Below are positions 9,206 to 18,695 of a stretch of DNA of 59,617 bases, piece after piece (position 1 is the first letter of the stretch; each line of letters begins with the position of its first letter). Position numbers and translations under genes: made by a program. The DNA comes from Rhodospirillaceae bacterium (GTDB lineage Bacteria > Pseudomonadota > Alphaproteobacteria > JAEULC01), in the NCBI GenBank assembly GCA_023266845.1, contig JAHFPH010000003.1, positions 1 to 59,617 on the forward strand. The letters are read 5' to 3'. Below the pieces are notes generated by a model, which was not told where the DNA came from, ran no database searches, and saw only the letters and a list, made by a program, of their open reading frames with translations.

Positions 9206-10057
9206 ATGCCGAGCGCCACGCTCCTCGGCCAGTCGGTGCTGTCCGGAATCTTCGCCGGCGGGCTCTACGCGCTTCTGGGGCTCGGCCTCAGTCTGTCGTG
9301 GCGATTTCTGCGCGTCATCAACCTGGCGCATTTCGGGTTCATCTTCCTCGCGGCCTACATGATCTACCAGCTTGCCGGGGTGTGGGGGCTAAGCCCCTTC
9401 GCCGCGATGCTGCTGGTGGTGCCGTGCCTGTTCCTTCTGGGCGTGGCGCTGCAGGCGCTGTTCCTGCGCTTCTCGATCAACGAGTTCGGATCGCTGCTGG
9501 TCACGTTCGGCATTCTGACCATCACCGAGGCCGCGATCCAATGGATTTGGACGGCCGACTTCCGGCGGCTGGAAACCCCATACGGCACCGCGTCCTATCG
9601 CGTCGGCGAGCTGTTCGTTCCGGTCGCCGAGGCGCTGACCTTCGCCGTGGCGGTGACGTTGTCGATCAGCGTCTGGGCCCTGCTGCGCTTCACTTATATA
9701 GGCAAGGCGATCCGCGCCAGCGCGGACGATCCCGACATGGCCGCCGCGTTCGGAGTGCGTGGCCACGGCTTGGCGCTGCTGCTGTCGGGCGCGGTGGCGG
9801 CGACGGCCGGAATCGCCGGCACCTTCATCGCGCTGATCGCCACCCTGGCGCCGGCGCAGATATTTTCCTGGATCGGCGTGATCTTCGCCGTGGTGATTCT
9901 CGGCGGGCTCGGCAATCCGTTCGGTATTCTGGCGGCGGGGTTGCTGATCGGCGTAAGCGAGGCGGTGACCATGGCGCTGACCGCGCCGTCATGGGCGCCG
10001 CTCGTGTCCTTCAGCCTGCTGATCCTGATCCTCGTCCTGCGGCCGGGCCGGATCTGA
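9206..10057 (+). CDS. branched-chain-amino-acid-type ABC permease (LivH family)
   Basis: 283 aa, polytopic, LivH-like (INLAHFGFIFLAAY, GGLGNPFG). Confidence 0.9.
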   Translation: MPSATLLGQSVLSGIFAGGLYALLGLGLSLSWRFLRVINLAHFGFIFLAAYMIYQLAGVWGLSPFAAMLLVVPCLFLLGVALQALFLRFSINEFGSLLVTFGILTITEAAIQWIWTADFRRLETPYGTASYRVGELFVPVAEALTFAVAVTLSISVWALLRFTYIGKAIRASADDPDMAAAFGVRGHGLALLLSGAVAATAGIAGTFIALIATLAPAQIFSWIGVIFAVVILGGLGNPFGILAAGLLIGVSEAVTMALTAPSWAPLVSFSLLILILVLRPGRI

Positions 10058-10058
10058 C

Positions 10059-11798
10059 ATGCGCCGCTATCTGCCGGCCGGAGTATTGACCGGCGTCGCG
10101 CTCGCGTTGGCCGGGTTGCCCCTGGCGCATCCGCCCGCTTTCGTCGAATCCATCCTGTACCTGGTGTTCTTCTGGATCGCGCTCGCCACCTCCTGGACCA
10201 TTCTCTCGGGTTACTCGGGATATTTCTCGTTCGGGCACGGCGCGTTCTTCGGCGCCGGCATGTACACCACGGCGAACCTGGCGGGTCCGCTGGGCGTACC
10301 GTTCCTGTGGACCGTGCCGGCGGCGGGATGCGCCGCCTTGCTTTTGGGCCTGAGCATCGGGGCGGTGGTGTTCCGCGTGCGCCGCCTGCGCGGCGAGCTG
10401 TTCGCCTTGCTGTCACTGGCCGTGACGTTCGTGCTGGCGACAATCGTGCTGAACACTCGGCTGGACGGCGGCCCGGGCGTGTATCTGAGCGGCGTCAAGC
10501 TGCCGAAGCTCTATGCCTCGCCCGCCTCCACCATCTATTTGCTGGGCCTCAGCGTCGCGTTCGCGTCGCTCATCGCGGCCTGGCTGATGCGGCGTTCGAA
10601 GCTGGGGCGGGGATTGTTCGCGATCAGCGACGACGAGGACGTCGCCGAGGTGATGGGCGTGCCGACGTTCGGCTACAAGCTCGCGGCCTTCGGCCTGTCC
10701 TGCTTCCTCGCTGGCGCTGCCGGCGGCGTGCACGCGATCTTCGTTTTCTACGTCACCGTGGCCGAAACATTCTCGATTACCGTGCCGCTGTACGTCGTGC
10801 TGATGGGCGTTTTGGGCGGCGCGCGGCATTGGATCGGCCCGGCGATCGGCGCGGTGTTCATCATCGGCGTCACCTATTCCTTCGTGGGCGGCGACTGGGC
10901 GCTGGCCGGGCGCGCGGCGGTGGGGCTTATCTTCATCCTGGCGATCCTGTTCTTGCCGCAGGGCGTGATGGGTTTGGTGGCCACGAAATGCCGCCGCAGA
11001 CGTGCGCCGCCCGAAGCTGCCGCGACGACAGCACCTGCCCTCCCCGTCGTCCGCACCCTACTACCCCCAGGCCCCGTGTTGCTGAGCTGCGAGGACGTTC
11101 AATTGGCGTTTCGCGGCGTGCGCGCCTTGGCTGGCGTGAGCCTTGACGTGCGCGAGGGCGAAATCCTGGGCCTGGTGGGACCGAACGGCTCGGGCAAATC
11201 GACCCTCACCAACGTCATCAGCGGTTATTACCGGCCCGACGCCGGACGCATCCTGTTCCGCGGCAAGGATTTGGCGCGCGAGCCGGGCCACCGCATCGCG
11301 CGCCTAGGCGTGGCGCGCACCTACCAGATCCCGCGCCCCTTCGCGCGCCTCAGCGTAGGCGAGAACGTGGCCCTGTCCGCCATGTTCGGCGCGGCCGGGC
11401 TGGACCGCGAGGCCGCCGAGCGCCGCGCGCGCGAGTGCCTGGATTTCGTCGGCCTTGGCGATCGCGCGGACGCGCTGCCCACCGCGCTCAACCTGCATCA
11501 GCGCAAATTCCTGGAGCTGGCGCGGGTGCTGGCCTCGGGCGCGCGGCTGATCCTGCTGGACGAGGTGCTGGCGGGCCTGGCCCCGTCCGAGATCGACAAC
11601 GCTCTGGACCTAGTACGGCGGATCAGGGCGAACGGCGCCACGATCGTGTTCATCGAGCACAATATGCGCGCGGTGCTGGCCTTGGCCGACCGCGTGGTGG
11701 TGCTGAACTACGGGCAGTTGATTGCCGCCGGCCTGCCGCACGAGGTCATGCGCCAGCCGGAAGTCGTGGCCGCCTATCTAGGGGGCGCCCATGCTTAG
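10059..11798 (+). CDS. fused LivM-type permease / LivG-type ATPase
   Basis: Single 579-aa frame. The N-terminal ~320 aa is a polytopic LivM-like permease. A P/A/R-rich linker follows, then an ABC ATPase with Walker A GPNGSGKST, a signature-like region and Walker B LILLDE. Confidence 0.88.
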   Translation: MRRYLPAGVLTGVALALAGLPLAHPPAFVESILYLVFFWIALATSWTILSGYSGYFSFGHGAFFGAGMYTTANLAGPLGVPFLWTVPAAGCAALLLGLSIGAVVFRVRRLRGELFALLSLAVTFVLATIVLNTRLDGGPGVYLSGVKLPKLYASPASTIYLLGLSVAFASLIAAWLMRRSKLGRGLFAISDDEDVAEVMGVPTFGYKLAAFGLSCFLAGAAGGVHAIFVFYVTVAETFSITVPLYVVLMGVLGGARHWIGPAIGAVFIIGVTYSFVGGDWALAGRAAVGLIFILAILFLPQGVMGLVATKCRRRRAPPEAAATTAPALPVVRTLLPPGPVLLSCEDVQLAFRGVRALAGVSLDVREGEILGLVGPNGSGKSTLTNVISGYYRPDAGRILFRGKDLAREPGHRIARLGVARTYQIPRPFARLSVGENVALSAMFGAAGLDREAAERRARECLDFVGLGDRADALPTALNLHQRKFLELARVLASGARLILLDEVLAGLAPSEIDNALDLVRRIRANGATIVFIEHNMRAVLALADRVVVLNYGQLIAAGLPHEVMRQPEVVAAYLGGAHA

Positions 11799-12507
11799 CG
11801 TCGCGGGACTCGAGGTCGCGTACGGCGACGCGCCGGCGCTGTGGGACGCGAGCCTGGAAATCGGCGAAGGCGAGCTGGTGTCGGTGGTCGGACCGAACGG
11901 CGCGGGCAAGACCACGCTGGTCAACGCCATTGCACGGCTGTTGCCGGTGCGCCGAGGAAAACTGCTGCTCGACGGCGCGGACGCGGCGCCCCTCACCCCG
12001 CGCGAGATGTGCGAACGGGGCGTGGCGATCATCCCGGAAGGCCGCCGACTGTTCGTATCGATGACCGTCGAAGAAAACATCGACATGGGCTGCTACCGAA
12101 GCCAGGCGCGGCGCTTCCGCGCGCAAGGGCTGGAGCGCGTCTATGCGATGTTTCCGCGGCTCAACCAGCGGCGGCGGCAGCAGGCCGGCACGCTGTCCGG
12201 CGGCGAGCAGCAGATGCTGGCCATCGCGCGCGCGTTGATGGCGCGGCCGCGATTGCTGCTGATCGACGAGCCCTCGCTTGGCCTGGCGCCGGCGATCGTG
12301 CAACAAGTGTTCGAAACCATCCGCGGCATCCATGCTGAGGGCGTCTCGATCCTGCTGATCGAGCAGAACGCCGCCCAGGCGCTGGCGATCGCCGAGCGCG
12401 CCTATGTGCTGGAAGGCGGGCGCACCATCGCCTCGGGCAAGCCCAAGGAGTTGCTGGCCGAGCCGCATATCCGCGATGCTTATCTGGGCGGAAACAAGGA
12501 GAAATGA
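11791..12507 (+). CDS. ABC transporter ATP-binding protein (LivF family)
   Basis: 238 aa. Walker A GPNGAGKTT, signature LSGGEQQMLAIARAL, Walker B LLLIDEPS. 8-nt overlap with the previous gene. Confidence 0.9.
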   Translation: MLSVAGLEVAYGDAPALWDASLEIGEGELVSVVGPNGAGKTTLVNAIARLLPVRRGKLLLDGADAAPLTPREMCERGVAIIPEGRRLFVSMTVEENIDMGCYRSQARRFRAQGLERVYAMFPRLNQRRRQQAGTLSGGEQQMLAIARALMARPRLLLIDEPSLGLAPAIVQQVFETIRGIHAEGVSILLIEQNAAQALAIAERAYVLEGGRTIASGKPKELLAEPHIRDAYLGGNKEK

Positions 12508-13655
12508 CCATGCTTCGCAGCACCACGCGTTTCCTGACCACCCACACCGGCAGCCTGCCGCGCCCGGAAGACCTGATCCGCACGATGTACGCCAAGGAAG
12601 AGGGCGTACCGGTGGATCGCGCGGGGCTCGCCCAGCGCGTGCGCTCGGCGGTGGCCGAGGTGGTGCAGAAACAAGCCAAAGCCGGCGTCGACTGGATCAA
12701 CGACGGCGAGATGTCGAAGCCCAGCTACGCGACCTATGTGAAGGACCGCCTGAAAGGCTTCGGCGGCACCGGCAACACGTTCGTGTACGGCGACCTGGTG
12801 GAGTTTCCCAACCTGGGCAAGCGCGTGTTCGGCGACCCCGGACGCTCGCGGCGCAAGACCCCGGCCTGCAACGCGCCGATCGGCGTCGCCGACGCCCAGG
12901 CGGCGCGAACCGACGTGGACAATCTGAAGGCGGCGCTGAAGGACGTTAAGTCGGAAGGCGCGTTCATGAGCGCGGCTTCGCCCGGCGTGGTGTCGCTGTT
13001 TTTCCGCAACGACCACTATCCGAGCTTCGAGAAATACATCTTCGCCATCGCCGACGCGATGCGCCACGAATACGAAACCGTGGCGAAGGCGGGCATCACC
13101 CTGCAGATCGACTGCCCCGACTTGGCGATGGGTCGGCACATCCAGTATTACGACCTGAGCGTGCCCGAGTTCCGCAAGCGCGCCCAGATGCATGTCGAGG
13201 CGCTGAACCACGCCACCGCCAACATTCCGGCCGAGCAGCTGCGCATGCATGTCTGCTGGGGCAACTATGAAGGACCGCATCACTGCGACGTGCCGCTGGC
13301 CGATATCGTCGATATCGTGTTCAAAGCGCGGCCCAGTGCGATTTCGTTCGAAGCCGCCAACCCGCGCCACGCCCATGAGTGGACGCTGTTCGAAAGCATC
13401 AAGCTGCCAGACGGCAAGATGTTGATCCCGGGCGTGCTCGAATCCAAGTCGAACTTCATCGAGCATCCCGACCTGGTGGCCCAGCGAATCGCGCGCTACG
13501 CCAACCTGGTGGGCCGCGAGAACGTGATCGCGGGCAGCGATTGCGGCTACGGCACCTGGGTGGGCCAGGCGGCGGTCGATCCCGACGTGGTATGGGCCAA
13601 GCTGGCGGCGATGGCCGAGGGCGCGCGCATCGCCTCGCGCAAGTTCTGGAAATAG
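12504..13655 (+). CDS. cobalamin-independent methionine synthase (MetE) catalytic-domain-like Zn enzyme
   Basis: 383 aa. N-terminal TTHTGSLPRPEDL block. H-x-C (MHVCWGN) and a later SDCGYG cysteine match the MetE-type Zn site. ATGA overlap with the LivF stop. An alternative ATG at 12510 has better spacing to AAGGAG. Confidence 0.85.
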   Translation: MTMLRSTTRFLTTHTGSLPRPEDLIRTMYAKEEGVPVDRAGLAQRVRSAVAEVVQKQAKAGVDWINDGEMSKPSYATYVKDRLKGFGGTGNTFVYGDLVEFPNLGKRVFGDPGRSRRKTPACNAPIGVADAQAARTDVDNLKAALKDVKSEGAFMSAASPGVVSLFFRNDHYPSFEKYIFAIADAMRHEYETVAKAGITLQIDCPDLAMGRHIQYYDLSVPEFRKRAQMHVEALNHATANIPAEQLRMHVCWGNYEGPHHCDVPLADIVDIVFKARPSAISFEAANPRHAHEWTLFESIKLPDGKMLIPGVLESKSNFIEHPDLVAQRIARYANLVGRENVIAGSDCGYGTWVGQAAVDPDVVWAKLAAMAEGARIASRKFWK

Positions 13656-13774
13656 CCCCGGGGCGGACGCCATAGGCCCAGAGAAATCTCACACGGTATG
13701 TGAGAAGAAATCGCGGGCGCGACCGCGCCTTGGATTGCTAGGGTAACGGGGCCAAGCGACCTCGGGGGACCCAA

Positions 13775-14755
13775 ATGCCCGTCATCGTGGGAAGCGGCGA
13801 GTACACCTATCGGGTCGTCGAAAACTGGGCGAAGCTGCCCGCGAGCATGACGTTCGGCGACGTGGCGGCGATCGGCGTGGATTCGAAGGATCGCGTGTAT
13901 TGCTTCAACCGCGGCCGGCATCCGATGATCGTGTTCGACCGCGACGGCAAATTCCTGAAATCCTGGGGCGAGAAAACCTTCAAGCACGCCCACGGCGTCC
14001 ACATGGGGCCGGACGACACGATCTATTGCACCGACGACGGCGACCATACCGTGCGCAAATGCACGCTGGACGGCAAGGTGCTGCTGAAAATCGGCCTGCC
14101 GGGCAAGCCCGCGCCCAAGCTGAGCGGCAAGCCGTTCAACCGCTGCACCCACACGGCGCTGTCGCCGAATGGCGAGATCTATGTGTCCGACGGTTACGGC
14201 AATGCCTGCGTCCACAAATACACGGCCCACGGCAAGCTGGTAAAATCTTGGGGCGGGCCGGGCGCGGACACCGGCCAGTTCAACATTCCGCACAACATCA
14301 CCTGCGACGCGGACGGCTGGGTGTATGTCGCGGACCGCGAGAACCATCGGGTGCAGATTTTCGACGGCAACGGCAAGTACGAGACGCAGTGGAACAACAT
14401 GCACCGGCCGAGCGGCCTGTTCATGACCGCGGGCAAGTGCCCGATCTGCTATATCGGCGAGATCGGTCCCTATCTGCCGGTCAACCGCGACATGCCCAAT
14501 TTGGGGCCGCGCGTCAGCATCGTCGACCACACGGGCAAGCTGCTGGGCCGGCTCGACCGCGTTCCGCCCGCCGGCACCAGCCCCGGGCAGTTCCTGTCGC
14601 CGCACGGCATCGCGGTCGATTCGCAGGGCGATCTTTACGTCGGCGAGGTGGCCGAGGCGGCCTGGCCTTCGCTGTTCCCCGGCAAAAAAATGCCCGATCC
14701 GCTGCGGCGAATGCAGAAATTCATCAGGGTTACGAACAGGACGGAAAAGAAATAG
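13775..14755 (+). CDS. NHL-repeat six-bladed beta-propeller, peptidyl-alpha-hydroxyglycine lyase (PAL)-like
   Basis: 326 aa. Repeated blades (VDSKDRVYCFNRG.., TDDGDHTVRK, YVSDGYGNACVHKY, YVADRENHRVQIFD, PHGIAVDSQGDLYVGE). No N-terminal signal peptide. Confidence 0.8.
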   Translation: MPVIVGSGEYTYRVVENWAKLPASMTFGDVAAIGVDSKDRVYCFNRGRHPMIVFDRDGKFLKSWGEKTFKHAHGVHMGPDDTIYCTDDGDHTVRKCTLDGKVLLKIGLPGKPAPKLSGKPFNRCTHTALSPNGEIYVSDGYGNACVHKYTAHGKLVKSWGGPGADTGQFNIPHNITCDADGWVYVADRENHRVQIFDGNGKYETQWNNMHRPSGLFMTAGKCPICYIGEIGPYLPVNRDMPNLGPRVSIVDHTGKLLGRLDRVPPAGTSPGQFLSPHGIAVDSQGDLYVGEVAEAAWPSLFPGKKMPDPLRRMQKFIRVTNRTEKK

Positions 14756-14762
14756 CCGCCTT

Positions 14763-15686
14763 CTATTGCGCCGCCAGCGCCGGGCGGCGCTGCAGCTCGG
14801 CCACCTCGCCTTTCAGCCAGTTGGCGAAGTTCTGCACCTTGGGCTGCCCGGCGCTTGCTTCCGAATAGACGATGTAATAGGCCTGCCCGGTTCTGAGCTT
14901 CTTGTCGAACAGCGGCACCAGCCGGCCGTTATTGACGTCGTCGTGGATGAACATGGTCTGCGCCATGGCGATTCCCAGGCCGTCGACGGCGCCCTGATAG
15001 ACCAACCCCGAATATTCCAGCCGCAACCCGCTCTGCGGATCGACCTTGGTGGCGCCAGCGGCCTCGAGCCACAATTTCCAGTCGTCGGGCCGGCGCAGCG
15101 CGTGCAGCAGCAGGAACGGCGCTAAATCGTCCGCCGTACGCAAGGAATGGCCCGCGATCAGGGCGGGGCTGCCCACCGGCACCAGCTCTTCATAGAACAG
15201 CGGCTCGCACACCAGGTTGGGCCAGTCGCCATGGCCGATCCAGACGGCGATATCGACATCGACGTCCGGGTCGTTCGGGCGCGGTGAGCTGTAGGTGTCG
15301 ACTTGGAGCTGCAGGTCGGGAAAACGCTGCTTGAACCGCGCCAGGCGCGGCACCAGCAGCCGCATGGCGAAGGTGGGCAGCACGCCGATGCGCAGCAGCC
15401 CACGCTCGGAATGCGCGTCGAAATTCGCGACCGTGGCCTCTTGGATCTGGTCGAACAGCACCTGCAGGCTGGCCGCATAGGCCGCGCCCTTCTTGGTCAA
15501 GATCACCTGCTGGTGCTTGCGCTCGAACAGCTTGGCGTTGAGGAATTCCTCGAGCTTGGCCACTTGGCGGCTGACCGCGCCATGCGTCACCGCCAGCTCC
15601 TGCGCCGCGCGCGACAGGCTGTGATGTCGCGCCGCGGCCTCGAACGCGCGCAACGAATTCAACGGTGGCAGGCGGCGGCCGGGCAT
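14763..15686 (-). CDS. LysR-family transcriptional regulator (GcvA-like)
   Basis: Start placed at ATG 15686 (MPGRRLPPLNSLRAFEAAARHHSLSRAAQELAVTHGAVSRQVAKLE). wHTH plus a LysR substrate-binding domain. Confidence 0.88.
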   Translation of the reverse strand: MPGRRLPPLNSLRAFEAAARHHSLSRAAQELAVTHGAVSRQVAKLEEFLNAKLFERKHQQVILTKKGAAYAASLQVLFDQIQEATVANFDAHSERGLLRIGVLPTFAMRLLVPRLARFKQRFPDLQLQVDTYSSPRPNDPDVDVDIAVWIGHGDWPNLVCEPLFYEELVPVGSPALIAGHSLRTADDLAPFLLLHALRRPDDWKLWLEAAGATKVDPQSGLRLEYSGLVYQGAVDGLGIAMAQTMFIHDDVNNGRLVPLFDKKLRTGQAYYIVYSEASAGQPKVQNFANWLKGEVAELQRRPALAAQ

Positions 15687-15941
15687 CTCTTTTTGTTCCG
15701 TTCGCTCGAACGCGCTGTGAAAAGCACGTGTTCGCAATCCGCGTGTCGATCACGATGGAATTATTCTAAGCCAGGTTCAGCCGCTCAGCTATGCCGGAAC
15801 TTTATGCAATTTCAGCTAGTTACACTCCAGGCGTGAGTTTTTTTGACTCATACTGGGAAATTTATACCGGACGCAATGCACGCGCCTTACCTCTGCGTTC
15901 AGCCGTGAGAATGCGCCATGACGTTGATCGGCGTGAGCAAG

Positions 15942-16808
15942 TCACGCACCTGAAAGGAACCGCTTCGCGTAACCGTCGTAGTCGGCGGCGCGTGTAACCC
16001 AGTCCATCAGCTCCTTGGCGGCAACGTTCGGCAGCTTCGACGCGGGCACGCCTTCCTGCGCCGCCTTCATAGTGTCGTGCACCGCCTTGACCGCGGCGTT
16101 GAAGGCCTGGTGGCCGGGACTCCATACCCGCACCTTGCGGTTCGCCAGATAAGCCGGATCGGCCAGCGCCTCGCCACTGCCGCCGGTCACCAGCGGCAGC
16201 TTCACCGCTGCCGCGATGCGGTCCAGCTCATCGCGGGTCTTGATGCCCGGCACCATCAGCGCGTCCACGCCCGCCGCTTCGTAGGCTTTCAGGCGCGCGA
16301 TGGCGTCGTCCACGCCGTTGACCTGCGCGGCGCTGGTGCGGCCAAGGATCACGAGCGTCGGATCGCGCCGCGCCGCCAACGCCGCCTTCATCTTGCCCAC
16401 ACCTTCGTCGATCGAAATGAATTGCGCGGCGGACGACGAGCCATGCTCGCGCGGCAGCTTGGTGTCTTCGATGGTAAGGCCGGCGACGCCCGCGGTCTCC
16501 AGCTCTTCCGCCGTGCGCATCACGTTCAACGCATTTCCGTAGCCGTGATCGGCGTCCACCAGTAGCGCCACGTCGCTGGCGCGGCAGGCGCGCCTGGCCT
16601 GATCGGCGAATTCCGTTAGCGTCAGCAGGATCACGTCGGGCGCGCCCAGCACCGCGAACGAGGCGAGCGAGCCGCCCATAAGCCCCACCTCGACGCCCAG
16701 CTTGTCGGCGATGCGGGCCGAGATCGGATCCCACACCGAGCCGGCGGTGACGCAACGCTGCCCCGCCAGGATTTTTCGCAGCCGGGTTCTTTTCTCCGTG
16801 GACTGCAT
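15942..16808 (-). CDS. isocitrate lyase/PEP mutase superfamily protein (oxaloacetate decarboxylase / oxo-acid lyase-like)
   Basis: Internal ATG 16808 (MQSTEKRTRLRKIL..) avoids overlap with the upstream gene. Motifs: DADHGYGNALNV, GLTIEDTKLP. Confidence 0.85.
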   Translation of the reverse strand: MQSTEKRTRLRKILAGQRCVTAGSVWDPISARIADKLGVEVGLMGGSLASFAVLGAPDVILLTLTEFADQARRACRASDVALLVDADHGYGNALNVMRTAEELETAGVAGLTIEDTKLPREHGSSSAAQFISIDEGVGKMKAALAARRDPTLVILGRTSAAQVNGVDDAIARLKAYEAAGVDALMVPGIKTRDELDRIAAAVKLPLVTGGSGEALADPAYLANRKVRVWSPGHQAFNAAVKAVHDTMKAAQEGVPASKLPNVAAKELMDWVTRAADYDGYAKRFLSGA

Positions 16809-16890
16809 CGGTCGTTCCCCCATGCCTAGCGCCGCGCGACGCCTGCGTTCCGGCGGGCGCGACGCCATAGCATACGGCAAAGCCGCCCGA

Positions 16891-17862
16891 TTATCGCTTC
16901 GGCGCTTCCAGCACGCGCACCGGCTTGCCATCGAGGAACGCCAGCACGTTCTCGACGCATTGGCCGTAGAACTCGCGGAACGTCTCGACCGTGCCGTAGC
17001 CCAGATGCGGCGTCAGCACCGTGTTGGGCGCGCTGCGCAGCGGATGGCCTGCCGGCAGCGGCTCGCGGTCGAACACGTCCAGTGCCGCGATCAACCGCCC
17101 CGACCGCAGCTCCTTCAGCAGCGCCGCCTCGTCCACCAGCGGCCCGCGCGAGGTGTTCACCAGCACCGCGCCGCGCTTCATCTTCGCCAGGTCGCCGGCG
17201 CCGATGATGCCGCGCGAACGGTCGGACAGCACGAGATGCAGGGTGACCACATCTGATTGCGAAAGCAATTCGTCCTTGGACGCCAGCGCCGCACCGCCCG
17301 CAGTCGCGGCTTCGGCCGTGAGGTTCTGGCTCCAAGCGATCACGTGCATCTCCAGCGCCTTGCCAAAGCGCGCCATCAGCTTTCCGATCCGCCCCAGGCC
17401 GACGATGCCCAGCGTTTTGCCGGTGAGATCGAACCCGGCGGCGACGCCTTCCTGGAATCTTCCGGCGCGGATTGCCGCATCGGCCGCCGGAATGTGCCGC
17501 GCCGCCGCCAACATCACACCCAGCGTCAGCTCGGCGGTGTTGGTGCCGGACCGGCCGCCGCCGGTGTAGCAGACCGTGACGCCGTGCGAGATCATTTCGG
17601 CGGTGTTGACGGAAGCGGCGCGCGCACCGGTCAGACTGAACATCTTCAGTTTCGGCAGGCGGCGCACCAGCGTGGCGGGAAAGGCAGTGCGTTCGCGCAT
17701 CGACAGCACGATGTCGAAATCGGCGAGCTGCTTCGCCGCGTCGTCCTCGCTGCCGAACGCCTCGTGGAAGAACCGCACCTCGGCGCGCTTCATCAGCGCC
17801 GACCAGTCCGCGCTGCCCAGCGCCAGCTTCTGCCAATCGTCGATCACCGCGACCCTGGTCAT
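16891..17862 (-). CDS. D-isomer-specific 2-hydroxyacid dehydrogenase family protein
   Basis: 323 aa. NAD fold GIVGLGRIGKLMA. Catalytic-type blocks: NTSRGPLVDE, TPHLGY. Confidence 0.88.
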   Translation of the reverse strand: MTRVAVIDDWQKLALGSADWSALMKRAEVRFFHEAFGSEDDAAKQLADFDIVLSMRERTAFPATLVRRLPKLKMFSLTGARAASVNTAEMISHGVTVCYTGGGRSGTNTAELTLGVMLAAARHIPAADAAIRAGRFQEGVAAGFDLTGKTLGIVGLGRIGKLMARFGKALEMHVIAWSQNLTAEAATAGGAALASKDELLSQSDVVTLHLVLSDRSRGIIGAGDLAKMKRGAVLVNTSRGPLVDEAALLKELRSGRLIAALDVFDREPLPAGHPLRSAPNTVLTPHLGYGTVETFREFYGQCVENVLAFLDGKPVRVLEAPKR

Positions 17863-17872
17863 TCCCCGCCCC

Positions 17873-18676
17873 TCAGCGCTTCAATCCGTGGACGAATTTC
17901 GCCTTTTCCGCCGCCGCGCCCAGAAGAAACGACAGGTCCGAACCGATCGACACGTAGCGCGCGCCTTGGGCCACCAGGTCCGCCACCAGGTCCGGGCGCG
18001 AGCCCAGGCCGCCGATGCCCGCGTGCTTGCCGTGCTTGCGGCAGGCGGCGATGACGCGCGTATAGGCGGCGCGCGCCAGTTTATGGTCGTACTGGCCGGG
18101 AATGCCCAACTCGCCGCATAAATCGTTGCTGCCGATCAGCAGTACGTCGACGCCCGGCACGGCTGCGATCTCTTCAACATGTTCCAGGCCGTCCTTGGTT
18201 TCGAGCATGGGAACCACCAGCGTGGCGTCGTTGGCCGCCGCGTTGGCTTCGGGCACCGGAAAATCTCGGAACTGGTACTGCGCCAGCGGTCCGCCGGCCG
18301 ACCGCGTGCCCGCCGGCGGGTATTTGACGCAGCGCACAACTTCTTTCGCCTCGGCTGCGGATTGGACATGCGGCGCGATCACGCCCAGCGCGCCGCCGTC
18401 CAGCGCGCGCGCGATGTAGTCGGGCGTGTTGGCGGGCACCCGCACCAGCGGCGTAATCCCGGCGTCGAGCGCGGCGACGCAAATTTGACTCGCGGTGTCG
18501 AGCGAGAAGCTGCTGTGCTCCAGGTCCACGTACAGCGTGTCGAAGCCGCTGCTGGCGGCGATGCGCGCGATCTCGACGCCGCGCGCCAGCCGCACCACCA
18601 TCGAGGCCACCACCTCGTCGCGCCCAAGCTTTTCCTTGACGTTGTTGCGCAGAATCTGCCGCAGGGTTTGGGGCAT
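17873..18676 (-). CDS. HpcH/HpaI-family class II 2-oxo-acid aldolase
   Basis: 267 aa. Motifs: FDTLYVDLEHSSF, VRVP, GVDVLLIGSNDL, as in HpcH/YfaU/GarL-type aldolases. Confidence 0.88.
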   Translation of the reverse strand: MPQTLRQILRNNVKEKLGRDEVVASMVVRLARGVEIARIAASSGFDTLYVDLEHSSFSLDTASQICVAALDAGITPLVRVPANTPDYIARALDGGALGVIAPHVQSAAEAKEVVRCVKYPPAGTRSAGGPLAQYQFRDFPVPEANAAANDATLVVPMLETKDGLEHVEEIAAVPGVDVLLIGSNDLCGELGIPGQYDHKLARAAYTRVIAACRKHGKHAGIGGLGSRPDLVADLVAQGARYVSIGSDLSFLLGAAAEKAKFVHGLKR

Positions 18677-18695
18677 GCCCGGTTCCTTTGTTTCT

